Shown piece after piece: positions 1 to 13,684 of a DNA stretch of 64,000 bases. Made by a program: the position numbers and the translations under genes. Positions within the stretch are counted from its first letter, which is position 1. Each line of letters opens with the position of its first letter. The notes under the pieces are model-generated. The model had not been told where the DNA came from. It searched no databases and worked only from the letters and a program-made list of their open reading frames with translations. Where the stretch lies: the NCBI GenBank assembly GCA_049724395.1, contig JAUGWO010000114.1:1-64000 (forward strand), in the 5' to 3' direction. Source of the stretch: Spongospora subterranea f. sp. subterranea (taxonomy: Eukaryota).

Positions 1-228
1 TAACTGCAATCGCGTGCACAACTGAGAACTTGTACAGAGTTTCATCGACTGGAAATATCGTGCGGAGCCCCATCAGATGAGATTACATGCCGTGCGGACT
101 CCCATTCTCTGATATATAACGTGTTCAGTTCTTTTCGTCCACTGTGCTGGGCAGAGACGAGGCGTTATCTCGCTGTCGTGTGGGATTTCTCTGTTTGCGC
201 ATTCACACTGGATTGATCGTCCTCGACC

Positions 229-3200
229 ATGGGAGTTCCATCGTTTTATCGATGGTTGAGCGAAAAATATCCCAAAATTGTGACCAATGTCGTCGAAGAT
301 GATAAAGAGGGGCTTGATACCTCGGCGCCGAATCCGAATCTAGTGGAATACGACAATTTATATCTCGACATGAACGGCCTTATTCATCCATGCTGTCACC
401 CTGAAGGAAAAGTAGGGCCCGTACTGTGTTGAATTGTCATTATCTCAACGTCCCCGTCCTAGCCTCAACCTTCGACGAAGAAGAGATGATCTCGGATGTA
501 TTTCTTTATATTGACCGGATATTTGCCATGGTGAGGCCTAGACGTCTTTTGTACATGGCTATCGATGGTGTTGCGCCTCGCGCAAAGATGAACCAGCAAA
601 GATCGCGGCGGTTCCGTGCTGCTCAGGAAATGGAAGAGCGGCGCGTTAAGGAGGATGAGATTAGAGATGCTTGGGCGAAAGAAGGCCGTCCCTTACCACC
701 GCGAAAACAAGCTAGCTGGGACCACAACGTTATTACGGTATGCGATTTCCAAGAAGTATTAATGCTCTTACCCTATCAGAACTTAATCTTCAGCGCGTTT
801 TTTCTATGATGCTTTCTGATCTTGCTCATTTAGCCCGGTACTCCTTTCATGCACAAATTAAGTCAGGCGTTGGTTTTTTACGTCAACCACCGCTTAACTA
901 CCGATCCCGGCTGGGCTAATGTAGGACAACGTTTCGTTCTTTTTTTTTTGTCATTTAACACGGAACATTTTAGATCCAGGTTATTTTTTCCGATGCCACC
1001 GTTCCAGGAGAAGGCGAGCATAAAATCATGAATTTTATTAGGGTTCAACGCGCTCAGACCGAGTTCCCTCCGAATCTTAAGCATGTAATATATGGTATGG
1101 ACGCCGACCTTATTATGCTTTCAATGGCCACCCATGAGCCGCATTTTACAATAATCAGAGAAACGGTTCTGTTTGGCAAGCAGAAGGTACTGTGCATGTG
1201 ATATTGATGCTCTCTGATCACTGATCTGTTATCTAGGGGTGTCATACTTGTGGCCAGGTCGGACATTTTGCAGCAGATTGTCAAGGTGCTGCCAAAGTCA
1301 AAGAAACCGAGTTTGATGAGACTAATGCCGTCAAGGATTCTCCATTTCAATTTCTGAATATTTCTGTACTGAGAGAGTATCTTGCCCATGTAGGATTCAG
1401 AATTTGATGGCCTGTTTTGTTCTAAATGTCTACTTACTTAGGAATTATATGTTGAAGATCTTCCATTTCAATGGGACCTTGAACGGGTAATCGATGACTT
1501 TGTTTTTCTGTGTTTTTTTGTCGGAAACGATTTTCTTCCTCATCTGCCATCGCTCGAGATCCGAGAAGGCGCTTTAGATGATTTGATGAAGCTGTATAAA
1601 GAGAAACTTCCTGTTATTGGAGGGTATCTTACCGATGCGGGTGTTGTCAATCTCTCGCGTGCTGATGTTATTATGGATCACGTATTCATTTTCGTTTTTT
1701 TTTATGGCAATACTAATGTTCGCCTTTTAGGTTGGCTTGCAAGAAGCGGAACTGCTAAGGAGGCGGCATCGCAGTGAACAACGTAATAAGCAACGGCAAG
1801 ATCAGCAAGACCGGGACAAACAGGCGAAGAAGGCTATGAAGCGTTCGAGATCAGAACCGAATATTGTTAGTGTTACATCCATTTTAGGAAGAACTGCCTC
1901 ATAATTGTCCTTCAGGTAAGCGAAGAAACCATAGAGAGACGTAGCAAATCACGCCGTCATGATATACCTGCTGCCATTGCTATCGGAACTATGACTCCTG
2001 TATTACCTTCAGTTCGTGTGCGGACCCCTCACGGTCTAGTTTTCCGCTTCCTAATCATTAGTGAATGCTCACATTGACGCAGTCGTCGGTGCTCGTGGTA
2101 GATCTGAGGTAGATAATGCCTCTGCTGCTGATGCCCTTCGTTCATCAATCCTTGGGAAACCGTCGTTACCTACTGATATACCTGTCGCTAACCTGCCCGG
2201 ACCCGAAACCGAAATTGACGGCCCGTTAAATGTCAGTGTTGATCCAGAGATTCAATCCGTCGAGGATGATGACAACCACCGTTCCGGTAGTTCAACGCTC
2301 AGACAATACTCGCTGGCTTATTATTGGTTTCAGGTGTCTCACCAGCAGATATTTCTGATGAATTTTCTGTTTTCTTGAAGCAAACGTTAGAGGAACTTAA
2401 TCGTGTTCCTGATGCGCCCGATACAATCATGTTCCACGAAGCTGGATATAAGGCAAGACGAATGATATTGTGATAATACTTAACTTTAACTATTGCTAAC
2501 TCTCACAATCAGGACCGCTATTACCTACAGAAATTCGGTTTTAAGCGGCCCGAAAACGATGCCGATATTAGGGAAGTCGCCCGTTGCTACACTCAAGGCC
2601 TTTGCTGGGTCATGTTGTACTACTACAAAGGGTGCCAATCCTGGGAATGGTATAAAACTTTCCGAAGTGTTTTTGTAAAGTAACTGTCAGTTTTCTAGGT
2701 TTTACCCTTATCATTATGCACCTTTTGCCTCTGATCTACGTAATATGGATCAGTTTGATGTTTCTCTAGAATTAGGCAAACCGTTTTCTCCATTCTCGCA
2801 GTTGATGGGGGTACTCCCGGCTGCCAGTTCTCATTGCCTTCCCCCAAAATATCGGGATCTCATGAAGTCTCCAACGTCTCCAATTCTACACTTTTATCCG
2901 ACCGACTTCAAGGTTTGGCCTAGGTCTGACGTTATCGTTGGTCTAACAGTTTCGTAGATCGACCTGAATGGTAAAAAGTGGGCTTGGCAAGCTGTAGTTC
3001 TTCTACCGTTTATTGAGCAGAACTTGTTACTCTCAACCATTGATGGCGTTCGACATTCATTAACTGCCGATGAACAAGAACGTGATTGTATCGGCGCCGA
3101 TTTCCTCTTTACTAGTTCTCTGCATAGCTTGGGAAATTCCATGGCAGCTCTATATCTGAAGTGTGGAAACTGCGACGCAGCTGAGCTTCGGAACTTTGTT

Positions 3201-4160
3201 GCTTCTATTGATACAAGTAAAGTATGATCCGTTCTCGTCTTTTGCTCATGTAAGCACTAACATCGCCAATGTTTCTAGAGTGGTGGGATAGTCGGTCAAA
3301 TATCTCCTTATTTAACGGCGGCTCGCCCAGCTGCAACTTTGAAGTTACACCTAGGGGCGTTTTCGCAAAAGTTGAAGCATAATCGCGCGGTGTCGACGAA
3401 GTTTATCTCTCCGGTCTTCACAACGCATAAAACTCAGCTTCTTCCTGGTTTCACACCCTCGTCTCCAATCTTATCAACAGAAGATTTTTCTACGGTTACT
3501 AGTTTCCGTCGTTATGGAGGTCGATCGTTGATGTTCAACTCTGGCGATAACAATCGAGCCGCCGCCACTGGATCGCAGCAGATCGTTTCGGCAGGTGGTA
3601 TCCGCATGGTTCAGCATAATCTTCCGAGGAGTCGCCAGTCCGATCAATTTCATGGATCTTACAACTGTAATTACGAATATCAGGCACACGGTCAAGATCA
3701 ACGGTTTCAATCTCGTTCGTATCCCGAAGACGGTCGCAATCCCAGAGATAGAATGGAATATCCCCAGTCGTATGGACGCTCAGAACATCATGGAGATTAC
3801 CGCCACCAACGTCACTATTCCTACGACCGTGATCTCCAAGCTTCTTCATATCATCAATCTAGATATGAACCATATCAATCGGAAAGCTCGTACAGTAATG
3901 ATCATTTTCATCAGCGTTATCATGGATATGCGCCGGAATCGGCTTCCCAACGAGAAAGACCCATTGATGGAGACCCATATCGCAATCAGAATCAATCCGG
4001 TTATTACCAACAGGAATACCCACCCTATGCTCACCATTCTGTAATCCAGCATCCTCCTCCTGCATACTCCAACCCTCGTCGCAACAATTTGCATTCCTCC
4101 TCCAATAGTGCCCCTTACCGGCATCATTCTTCTAATCGTGGTTCCACACCTCGAAGATAA
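229..4160 (+). CDS. XRN2: 5'-3' exoribonuclease 2 (XRN2/Rat1), multi-exon
   Basis: Motifs [86 protein letters not shown] and [10 protein letters not shown] are spread over many short GT-AG introns. The C-terminal tail is low complexity. One apparent 1-nt frameshift lies near 470. Confidence 0.95.
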
Positions 4161-4789
4161 CATTTTATTATAAACAGACAAATGCATGGTCTAATTTCCT
4201 CGACTTTAAAAAAGGATTGGCAGTCGCGGTTGCCCAATGGAGATGGAATACGTCGTTCATATTTAGCTTAATCCCAACAAACAGACCGTCAAATCACAGG
4301 CAAGTTTCCCTGACATAATGAAGCAAACTGCAATATTGATACGGTAACATTTTAAAAACATACCGAGAATGTGCTCCGGTTCGATTTGAAAGGCGCCATC
4401 TAGCTACACAATCTGCGTTGGTCAAGTCATTCTACAATGCTGTTGTGGGTCGTCTTTATGGGCTGGTTGAAAAATATGAACATGATTATATATCACGAAC
4501 ATGTGTGTTATTAGAGCGCCATCATCTGGGATCCGATCTCTCTCATCGGCCTTCTAGATTGTCTGGACAGCGCCGTACACAGCTCTTTCCGGGCGGTCAC
4601 CAGAATTGTAAGTAATCGTGATAGCTAAGATAGCGGAAGCGATCATTTTATTGACAGAGGAGTTAATAATATAACCGCTGCTGTGGCAGCCTGGCTGCAA
4701 TTCCACCTCGATGTGCATTTGGCCGATCAACACATCGGGTGCCACACCATTTATCAAATAATAAGGTTTATGGCATGTAAACTTAATGC

Positions 4790-7075
4790 ACCATCTGCCA
4801 TCGTACCCTACCACTACTTGCCTGCAATATCAGAGCGCGCCTGTTCAGGATCGCTTTGCCACTGAAGCATTTGGCGCCAATGCTGCCAAAACAATGCCGA
4901 CTGCCCAAATCGACAATCGCTGACAATTATGTGGTTGTCTTTCAGTACCTGATTGACGACACTTCCAAAGCGTGTGCCACTTCTGTGGCCGAGGATTGCT
5001 GTAGTTTTCACTTTTCGAGACGTTTTCAGGGTACGTTATAGTATATTGGTTTATACTTGATTCAACACGTTGCCAGGTGTTTTGGTCCTGATATTTCCAG
5101 GCATCGCTTGTGCTTATTCACACGATGCTCACTGAAATCTCCTCGTGCGCTCTGTTCGAACGATTCACGATTGGGAGAATGCCAGTCGATTTTTACAACT
5201 ACAGCGCATCCGGTTTTTCATCATGGGCCGGATCACGATGTCTCAAAAAGGTCGAAGCTGACCAAGGTCTGGTCAATCGTGGGTTATCCTAAGGTCTGTC
5301 ATACGGCTGCTAAAGTTTGATCGGGATTGACGATATTGTGGCCGATGCCTCCCGGAAGAGGATGTTTGTTCGAGCGCCATCGGACGTGTGATCGTGTCGC
5401 GCAAGCGATAGCAGTGAGTCCCTTAGTTGGGACGCCAATATTCGCTGTCTTTTTGAACCGAACGACGGTCGATACTCTGTGCCCCAATTAGACAGAATTA
5501 TAGCTGTTGCCTTTTGTTTCAGGAAGGTGTTTTGGCCGGTATGGACTCGAGTTCCAAAGTGATCAGCTCCGCGATGACGAAGCAGGTTCCCGACAACACA
5601 TCGCAATACAGCTTATGTTTTTTTTACAGGTTGACATTGTGGCTGTCCTTGATAGCAAGATCGTATCCATGGGTTTCGGCGATTCATCTCACCAATGCCG
5701 AGCGCTGATTTGCAGTTTTGCAGGGCCATCCCGTTGGTCAGTTGTGTTCCCAGACTGCGGTTTTGAACGGATTCAAGAGCATCTGGTACTCAACTTCTGT
5801 GCGTTCATATTTTGACATCGCGTATTTACAAGTCTGTAGGACAGAAATGCCATCAACAAGAAACAATATTGAATAAAAAAGTAATACATTAAACAAGTAC
5901 TTTGAAATTACTCACGAAAGAAATAATAATACGTCTGTTATCGGGAGGCGTCGGTCTACGAACGCCCAATGCAGACGCTGTGGATGTAAGTGGACATCTA
6001 CACACACATTGAGATTTTCTTTAACTTGACTATGATAGGCTTCTGGACAAATCCCTATAACATCATGGACACATTCCCAATAGATCACGGTTTCAGACAT
6101 GAGGAAAGAGGCGAAACTGAAGAGATTTCTGATTAGGCAACAACTGTAGTACCCGACGTCCATTTGGCCGTTGCTAGGTATAATTCACAGCACATCACCT
6201 ATCGATGACAGGACTTTGACATCAATTACATACCACTTGATGCGCCATCTGCCATCATAACGTGACCAACTACAGGAGAATTTGAATAAGTTGAACAATC
6301 GCCTGTCTGTTGAGATTGATTGGGCGACCAAAGCATTTGGCGCCAATGCTGCGAAAAAGATGTCGACTGCCCAATGACAGTACATATAATGGTTTTCAGT
6401 GATGTGATGATATTTTCAAAGCTGATGTCACTTCTGTCGTCGAAGACTCGAGTCGATATCCTGATGCTGTAGAAACAAATTTGATTCATGTATAATGAGC
6501 TCGCTAAAATCTCCTTTTGCGCTCGAGTCCGAACGCTTTACCATTGGGAGAAAGCCAAATCGATTAGCTCATTTGATTTTCGTCATGAACCGGATCACGT
6601 TGTCGTGACAAGGTCGACGCTGACCCCGTCATGGCATGTCTGCACTACGGTTGCTTCGGTTCTAAGGAATTGACGATTTTGTGACCCGATGCTTTTTGGA
6701 TTGTCATCCCGGCAGACGTAAAACTCATTGAACAATTCGAGCGCAATCGGGCGAGGAAATGCATGTCTCGACGGCGATAGTGCTGGCCACCATGGCTGGA
6801 ACGTATTGACAGTTAATTCGAACCGAGACACGGTCGATACTCTGCCCGAATTACATGGAATTATAGCTGATTGCCTTTGTTTCCCGGAGGTGACGTTAGC
6901 CGAAATGAGCTTTATCATGTGACAGTTCAGCTTAGCGATGACGAAGCCGGTTGACACTCTGCCCGACAATACATCTCTACACAACTTACGCCTCCTACAG
7001 GTTGACATTTTGGCTGGACTTCAGTGCAAGATGATATCCATGGGCTTCGGCGATCTTATCTCATCAATGCGATGC
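4790..7075 (-). pseudogene. Two diverged tandem copies (offset ~1.4 kb) of a decayed, unidentified coding sequence
   Basis: Collinear shared blocks: gcatttggcgccaatgctgc (~4868/6333), acggtcgatactctg (~5465/6830), caggttgacatt (~5627/6998), tatccatggg-ttcggcgat (~5665/7035). Shared peptides include YDGRW, AALAPNA and IAE(A/T)HGY. Many stops. Confidence 0.6.
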
Positions 7076-7142
7076 GGATCGCCACATTAAATGCAGATCG
7101 ACGGCGATCCATTTCCTTTGTTGTAAAGCTTTGGCCGTGGAG

Positions 7143-7898
7143 ATGAAAATTGAGACAGCCGCCTCGTCAAAGTGCATTCGATGGCTGGAAGGCGTCAATT
7201 ACCATCGGTACCGGTCGAGAAGCCCCTTGAGCCGTCAGCTATCCGATCGGACCCAAGATCTGCTGCTCACTATACCGGTAGCGTCCTCGTTGCAACAGCT
7301 GGTCCATGACGCCTTTACGGCTGGACCAGCGGTTGGAACAACGGAAGGTCTACCGGCCGTCGCAACGGAATCCTTTCGTCTCAGCCCGACCTGCCGAGCT
7401 TTGGCAGAACCGAGCCCATATACCAGCGACACGAAATCCATTTCTCCCAACCAGACCGGTTGGGCAAAAGAATCCTCTCGACCGGTACCGATGGTAATTG
7501 ACGCCCTCCGTCCATCGAATGCACATTCTACAACCCCGTTTGACGAGGTCGCTGGGTTAGCGGCTATTTCATCTCCATGGCCAAAGCTCACAACAGAGGA
7601 AAAGGATCGCGGTCGACGAGAGAAGGTCTCTGCATTTACTGTGGCGAATCGGGCCAAACCATATCAGCTCACAATCTGTAGCCAAGGTCGGAAAAAGTTC
7701 AAGGGCACCTCTGACAAATCGGCGCTGGTCGATGCCCGTAAACAATACATCTCGCTACCCAATTATACTTCACCCGACGAGCCTAACCCTTTATTCCACT
7801 GTTTTTCACAATACGATAGAACCCATGCTCTGCTCTCCCCTGTTCCATTGACGTTCTTGCACCAAAGTCGTGCAATTCCATCTCGTCTCGCGCTTTGA
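7143..7898 (+). CDS. Hypothetical protein
   Basis: Open frame of ~250 codons with no recognisable motif. Confidence 0.25.
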   Translation: MKIETAASSKCIRWLEGVNYHRYRSRSPLSRQLSDRTQDLLLTIPVASSLQQLVHDAFTAGPAVGTTEGLPAVATESFRLSPTCRALAEPSPYTSDTKSISPNQTGWAKESSRPVPMVIDALRPSNAHSTTPFDEVAGLAAISSPWPKLTTEEKDRGRREKVSAFTVANRAKPYQLTICSQGRKKFKGTSDKSALVDARKQYISLPNYTSPDEPNPLFHCFSQYDRTHALLSPVPLTFLHQSRAIPSRLAL

Positions 7899-8202
7899 TA
7901 GATTGTGGTGCGACGTCATTATTCAGGTTGACCGAACTATTGCTACGAATGACCACATGTCTCATCCCGCTACCTGTGTGTATAATCTCGTTCGCCGTTC
8001 ACACCAGTATGATGGATATCAAGGTCGCGAGTTGTGTTCACAGGATTGTTTAAAGTCAGTCGCGCCTTACATATAACGACATGGGGGCTGCCTTCGTGGT
8101 CAGACATCCCCGCCTGACTACCTAGAGTTATTCGTCTTCATCTTCCTCTCAAGTCGCACAGGGGCTGGAAGGTAATGGGGGTCGCTCCTAAAAGGCGCAA
8201 TT

Positions 8203-8420
8203 CTGAAACTGGAGCCCAGCTGAAACAAGATTTGATTGCAGATATGTGGAACAAGCATGGGAATAATCGCTTTTACTCAGTAATTTTTGGCAATTGGGCT
8301 TTGCGTTTTTCTAACGCCTGCTGTTTTTTGCCAAAAAATACTAAGTAAAAGGGACTATATTTCCATGCTTGTTCCACATATCTGCAATCAAGTCTTGTTT
8401 CAGCTAAGCTCCAGTTTCAG
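8203..8420. repeat. Inverted repeat with ~90-bp arms made of the Harbinger transposase 3' end
   Basis: 8203-8293 (ctgaaactggagc...tttggcaa) is the near reverse complement of 8328-8420, with a ~35-nt spacer. Confidence 0.9.
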
Positions 8421-9200
8421 CATCGCGCGTCGCCATCATTCTGGCTGCCGTTGCACCAAATGAACCGTCAACCAGGTCGTCAGCGCAACGAAGTACCATG
8501 ACGTTGCTGGTTCGCGCTCCTGCACTCACCGGTTCATCAAACTCTAGGTATTGACCCAGCTTGTGCCTGCTGCGTTCATCCTCTATATCCATGTTGTGAA
8601 GGATTATGCACGCATGCATTATCATTGACAGGCGAGAAACAGTCCATTTGCGACCAGGGAGCTTTGTAATCGCCCAGCGCGCCTGAATGACTCCGAATCC
8701 ACGTCCCACATCCTTCCTGATCGCCTCGTGCATCCTGGTGAAGAGCGCTTCTGCCTCACCAAGACGGTCCGGAATTGACTTTATAAACACGTACCATCTT
8801 GGATATATGCCATCAACCAAGAAGTATGGCATGGTATAGGTGTCGTCATTAATGGTGAAGTAAACTGAATGGGATTTGTCGTTGACTAGATCATGCAGCA
8901 ACGTTGATCTTTGGACAACGTTTCGTTCAAAGCGCCTGGTATTCCGAAATGAACGTGCCAAAACCAGAGTTCGCCATCCACCACTGCCTCGAGGGAAATC
9001 GATGCGCCTTCATGGCCCTTGAATTGTCCCTGCTTTGATTTGGGACATTTGTCCCATTTCAATTTGAAACAGTCTAGAGATTCTGTAGACCAGGAAATCC
9101 ACGACCAGCATTGACCCGAAGGATCCTCTCTAAGTCTTCTGACGTAGGAGCGCGTAAATACTTGCCAGCGATCACCCCAGCAGCGTGCTTGCTGGAAGGT
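8330..9200 (-). mobile_element. PIF/Harbinger DDE transposase remnant (Plant_tran type), frameshifted
   Basis: SLDCFKLKWDKCP, LEAVVDGELWFWHVHFGIPG, YFLVDGIYPRW, RKDVGRGFGVIQARW, IMHACIILHNM, LKQDLIADMW. Confidence 0.88.
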
Positions 9201-9563
9201 AATCCGAAACAACCTAATTGCAAGTGACTCAAGCAGCAAACAGTTGTTATTGCGGAAAATTAATGACAAAGTACGGGCGAATGAGGCAAATGAACAACGA
9301 GTATCTAACAGCGTGGTGAACAAGCGCGCGATACTCACACTAGAGAACCTCTCGCGTATGGCCGGGAGAATAGTACATGATCTTGTTTCGCCATCAAGCG
9401 CGACAAGAGTCAAATGGCGAGGACGACTGGCGCCTCCGGCCTCCGTCGATGGGCTGGCAGTCTACAGTCGGGTCGTAGATTGTACAGTTATGTGTACTCT
9501 ACAGCAACAGTACAATGTCACTGTGTGTACACCTGATTTCTCATCGAATAAAACCGTGATGAA

Positions 9564-10819
9564 ATGGACCAAAAGCGAATGGCGTTCCATGAGCTCGATA
9601 CGGTCGACTTTTTTGTCGATAAGGAAAATAATGTCCAGAATAGATCTCCGAGTTTAGTTGGGGATCAGGGAGATAGCGACAGCAATGATGGAGTCCTGGT
9701 CAACTGCATTCAGAACTGGGATCTCAGTTCCGATATCACGGTATGAGGTGATCTCGTCGTCGATTTCCCTCAGTTTTCGTTCAATGATGAATAGCTTGAT
9801 CGAGATACAGTAGGAAGTCTGAGAACTAGAACTCGCCGGCCGCCTTTGATAAGAAAGCCCAAGCACATTACTCTGCATGTCAACCACAGTGATACTTTGG
9901 AAAAGTACAAACTTAACACCCCCAATTCATCTTTTGTTTCCCTAGTTTTCAACTTGGTTTATTTGAAAAATAACATTGTTTTTTAAGTCCGATTTGACAG
10001 ATCGTGTTGGATAGCGTATGGTTAGTCGATAGATCGTGCCTTATCTCATTGCTTAGGCCCTCCCGATTTTCGACTGCTTTTAACGCTTTCCTGGCGAAAT
10101 CCTCTGCTGATCACCAGGAACCCGTTGACCGTCGTACGACTACATGTCCCCAATGTTTTGTTCATCTTTTATCATCTGAACTGGTATCACATACTGAGCA
10201 GTGCCGACCAAGGCCTGCTTCCTCGAAAAGTTCAAGTTTAGACCTGGAAACAAGCCGAGTTTGTCGCAATTGTCGGTTGTTCTTCCCTACATTGGATGCA
10301 TTACAAACTCATGTTTGCCACAATAAGGCTGATTCAAGAAGTTCCCACTTTCCCTCGTCGAAGTCGTTTCATGCGTCGGTTCTGAAGAATTGTCTGTCTT
10401 GTGGAGCCGTTGATAAAATCGGGTATTTCTGCTCTCGATGCGGATGTCCTCTGACGTCCAGTAGCTCCATCAAGAAACCGGCAGCCGCAGCATCGAAGTC
10501 ACCCATTAGGTTCCCCCCTGCTGTTCATGTTCGAAGATCGCCCATTCCTCAAAAACGCACCACTTCTTGTCATTCCATATCCAGGAGGCCTCTCAATGAC
10601 CATAAGGTCGAGACTGGGGCAGCACAACCGACGAAAAACAGCTTGCCTAAAGTGGTGGAGTGCCCTCACTGTTGGAGGAAGTTCAGCCGTTCCGCTGCAG
10701 ATCGTCATATCGATATTTGCTCCAATGTGATCAATAAGCCAAGTCCATTACGGCGCCCAACCGCCGCTCTGTCCAGAAAATTATCCATCATCGAGGCGAA
10801 ACCTGTTTTCCGACGGTGA
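9564..10819 (+). CDS. C2HC-type zinc finger protein (ZC2HC1-like); 5' exons uncertain
   Basis: VECPHCWRKFSRSAADRHIDIC, CPQC...HTEQC, CRNC...HVC and a CxxC..CxxC pair. A putative first exon MDQKRM... is followed by a GT donor at ~9741. Confidence 0.7.
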
Positions 10820-10913
10820 CAGGCACTGAATACCTCTAGCACATCGGTAGAAGTATATTCTCCAGACTTATTATTTCAATTAAAATGTCTTATTACTTTA
10901 GAATGAATCTTGG

Positions 10914-13684
10914 TTATGTCCATTCTTCTTCCCATTGACGCTGACGTTTAATTTCGTCTTTGGTAAGAACTTTGCCACAGCATTTTTTGTGCTTGGCCCC
11001 CGATCCACACGGGCACGGCTTGTTGGCGAATTTCGAGACTTTGTCAACGACTGCAATTTCGTCATGGCCGACACTTGCAGCGAGCTCTAAAGTATTTTGA
11101 TATCGGCTAGAGGGGCGATTCCGCCGCGAATCGTCGAAATCTAATCAAAAGGCGGGTCGATCAACATGTTGATCCACTCTATTAGTAAATTTAGCGATTA
11201 CCTTCAACTGATAAGGTTCCTGGTAATGCAGTCCCATTTTCATTGAACACAGCATATCCTGAAACCTTATCCCCGTTTTCTTTGTTGCTCAGATTGGTCA
11301 AAATTCCATATGCGACTACCGCAATGATCCCAATCTCACCAAACCCAACTACGACGATGATATTAGCAACGAAATCGTTGAGCAGGCGTGAAGAGGATCG
11401 TACAGTAAAACGACAACACCAATGTCATCAGAGGCAATCCCCATTGAATCGTCATGAGTTTGCGCCAATCCATCGCCCCTTGCCGAGCATCAAACCCGGT
11501 CGGTATCTGCTCTGGAACCCTGCCGGTGCCTTCCTCCTTGGGCACTCCGGCCAGAACTGGCGGACTGCACAGCACAGGGATAAACCGTCCAGGAATTATT
11601 CCGCCAATCATTGAACCAGACCTCGGAGCGATAATGAAGAAGAGTTAAAAGCGAATGAAATATAACGCTGAATAAAATTGTTTATTGCTAATGCTAGGGA
11701 ATCACATTAGCGAACAAAATGGCCGAGGTTTCTCAGTAGCGACAGGAACCGCGGTTTCGCCGGTTGGAGTAGATATCGCAACGGGATCACTGTGTGCATC
11801 ATCAACAGATTCGTTGGCAGCGGTATCAACGTCTGAGATATCGCCGGGACACAGCGCCGACTCGGCAGATTCAATGACAGCATCGTTTACCGGTTTCGGG
11901 CTGGCTGAACCTGCCGTACAACACGAATCAGTGGACTCGGCATTGCCAGCAACATCAGATGATGTCGCTTGATCGTTGGTTTCCTTCAAACTGGAAGTAG
12001 CTTCTGCTGCGTCAGGTACCGACATGCCGATGTGAGCCTGCTCTTCAACGTTTTGATATTCGGTCTCAACTGGTTCGCAAGCGTAAGTCGATTGGATGTG
12101 TTCAGTTTCGTTATCATAAGTAATTTCATCCTGGTGACACGTGCGGAAGGTTTTTACAGATCCAGGTCTGGAGAAAGAATAGGAAACTGCACTGTTTGCT
12201 GAATCTGGACCTGGATTCGCTTCATATGCCTGAAACACTTTGTGGTCAGCGTGGTTGACGTCCTCAACAATTTCGGCTACTATGGCATCTTGAACATCAG
12301 ATTCGTATGTTTCTTCATCGTCGTCAGTGGTTTCAATCTGCAAGGTCGCGTTGATTTGGATCTCTTCGTTGTCCACTGACTCATGGCATGCAGTCGAGTC
12401 ACGATCAGTTTGTTGTTGTGGCTCAACTTGGGACGATGCAGTAAAAGAAGGAAGGTCATCGACTTTTTCAAGTTGTCCATCTTCCACCGAATCGAACGCA
12501 GAAACAGAGTTTTTTTTAACAACGGAAAGACAATCAGTGGCGTTCTGGCCGTGCCCGACTTCCAAAGATTCGATCGCAGAAAGAGATTCAACTTGAGCAA
12601 CAGAGGAACTATTGCCTGTTGGGATTGGTCCATCTTTTAGAAAATCAATAACAGAAGGAGAGTTATCTTGGGCAACAGAAAGCGAAGTATCGAATTTCTG
12701 GCCTTGCTCATCCTTCATGGATTGGATCACGGAAACAGAGTTATCTTGAACTTGCTCAATTATTTCTGATTCGGTAGGTGAATCTGCTTGATTGCAGTCA
12801 GCATTATCCTCTTCCTGACTTCTGCCTTCCATTGCAGCAATTGAAGACGCAGCTTTGAAACCCTCTAAACACTGATTGTTTTGATTATGAACTCCGTCAA
12901 CGTTTACTGATTCCGATGGCGAAATGGAATCGTCGCAAACTTCTTCTTGCGGATGCTCTTCCGCAATTTGAACAATTGACAAAGCATTCAACTCATCGAC
13001 GATGTCCGAGTTTTGTTCAGCCTCATGTACTGACAATACAGAGGTACCGTGGAATTTTTGCTCTTTCTCAGTTTCCAAAGTTTCCAAAGGCTGATCCATA
13101 ATTCGCTCTGGTTCAACTTCTGTCAATTGATCTGATGTTGGGTTATCAGCAGGTTCAACATTTTCACATTTTTGGTCAACTTCGACTGGTTGAGCGCAGA
13201 AACTCGAACCTTCAAACTGTTCTGTCTCTGTTTTCAAATCATTCGAGAAGGAAACCGAGCTCGCATTGGACTCTGACTGCGCAACCGAATCTGTCATCGT
13301 GATCTCTTCATGGGGTACGCTGCCATCTGATACAGTAGTACGGCCCGCCACGTCCTTGTCTTCGCTTTCCGGAGAGCACTGCGATTCGTCTTGCCCCGCT
13401 TGGTCGGTATATCTGGTGAAAGAGTTGGCATCGTTGGACTCGGTCGTTTCAACGCCCTGAGTATCGATGTGATGGGCACCTTCTTTCTGGCAATGGCCCT
13501 GCATAATCTGGCCTATAGGTATGTCGAGATCTGTCTCAGATTTAGACCGGTCGTCTTCCTCAGGACATTCCGAAACAGCGTTGGCATTTTCCTTTTCCAT
13601 GATATAGGAAACTTGGGATGGATCCGCCTCGTTAACCCCAGCGCGTTGCCCATGCTCCTTGACAAACGAAACCGTAGATTCCAT
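10914..13684 (-). CDS. SAYSvFN-domain membrane protein with C-terminal SEC-C motif, probably joined to a long acidic disordered N-terminus
   Basis: Manual translation gives two hydrophobic segments, then ILTNL..KVSGYAVFNENGTALPGTLSVE, an intron, and NKPCPCGSGAKHKKCCG...WEEEWT-stop (TAA at 10914). The upstream E/D/S-rich ORF of ~660 aa is on the same strand; its linkage through an intron near 11700 is inferred. Frameshift near 11385. Confidence 0.7.

Noticed and set aside
4360..4400. tRNA-like GGTTCGA motif
   Set aside because: No cloverleaf stems around it. No tRNA, rRNA or snRNA could be supported anywhere in the window by eye.
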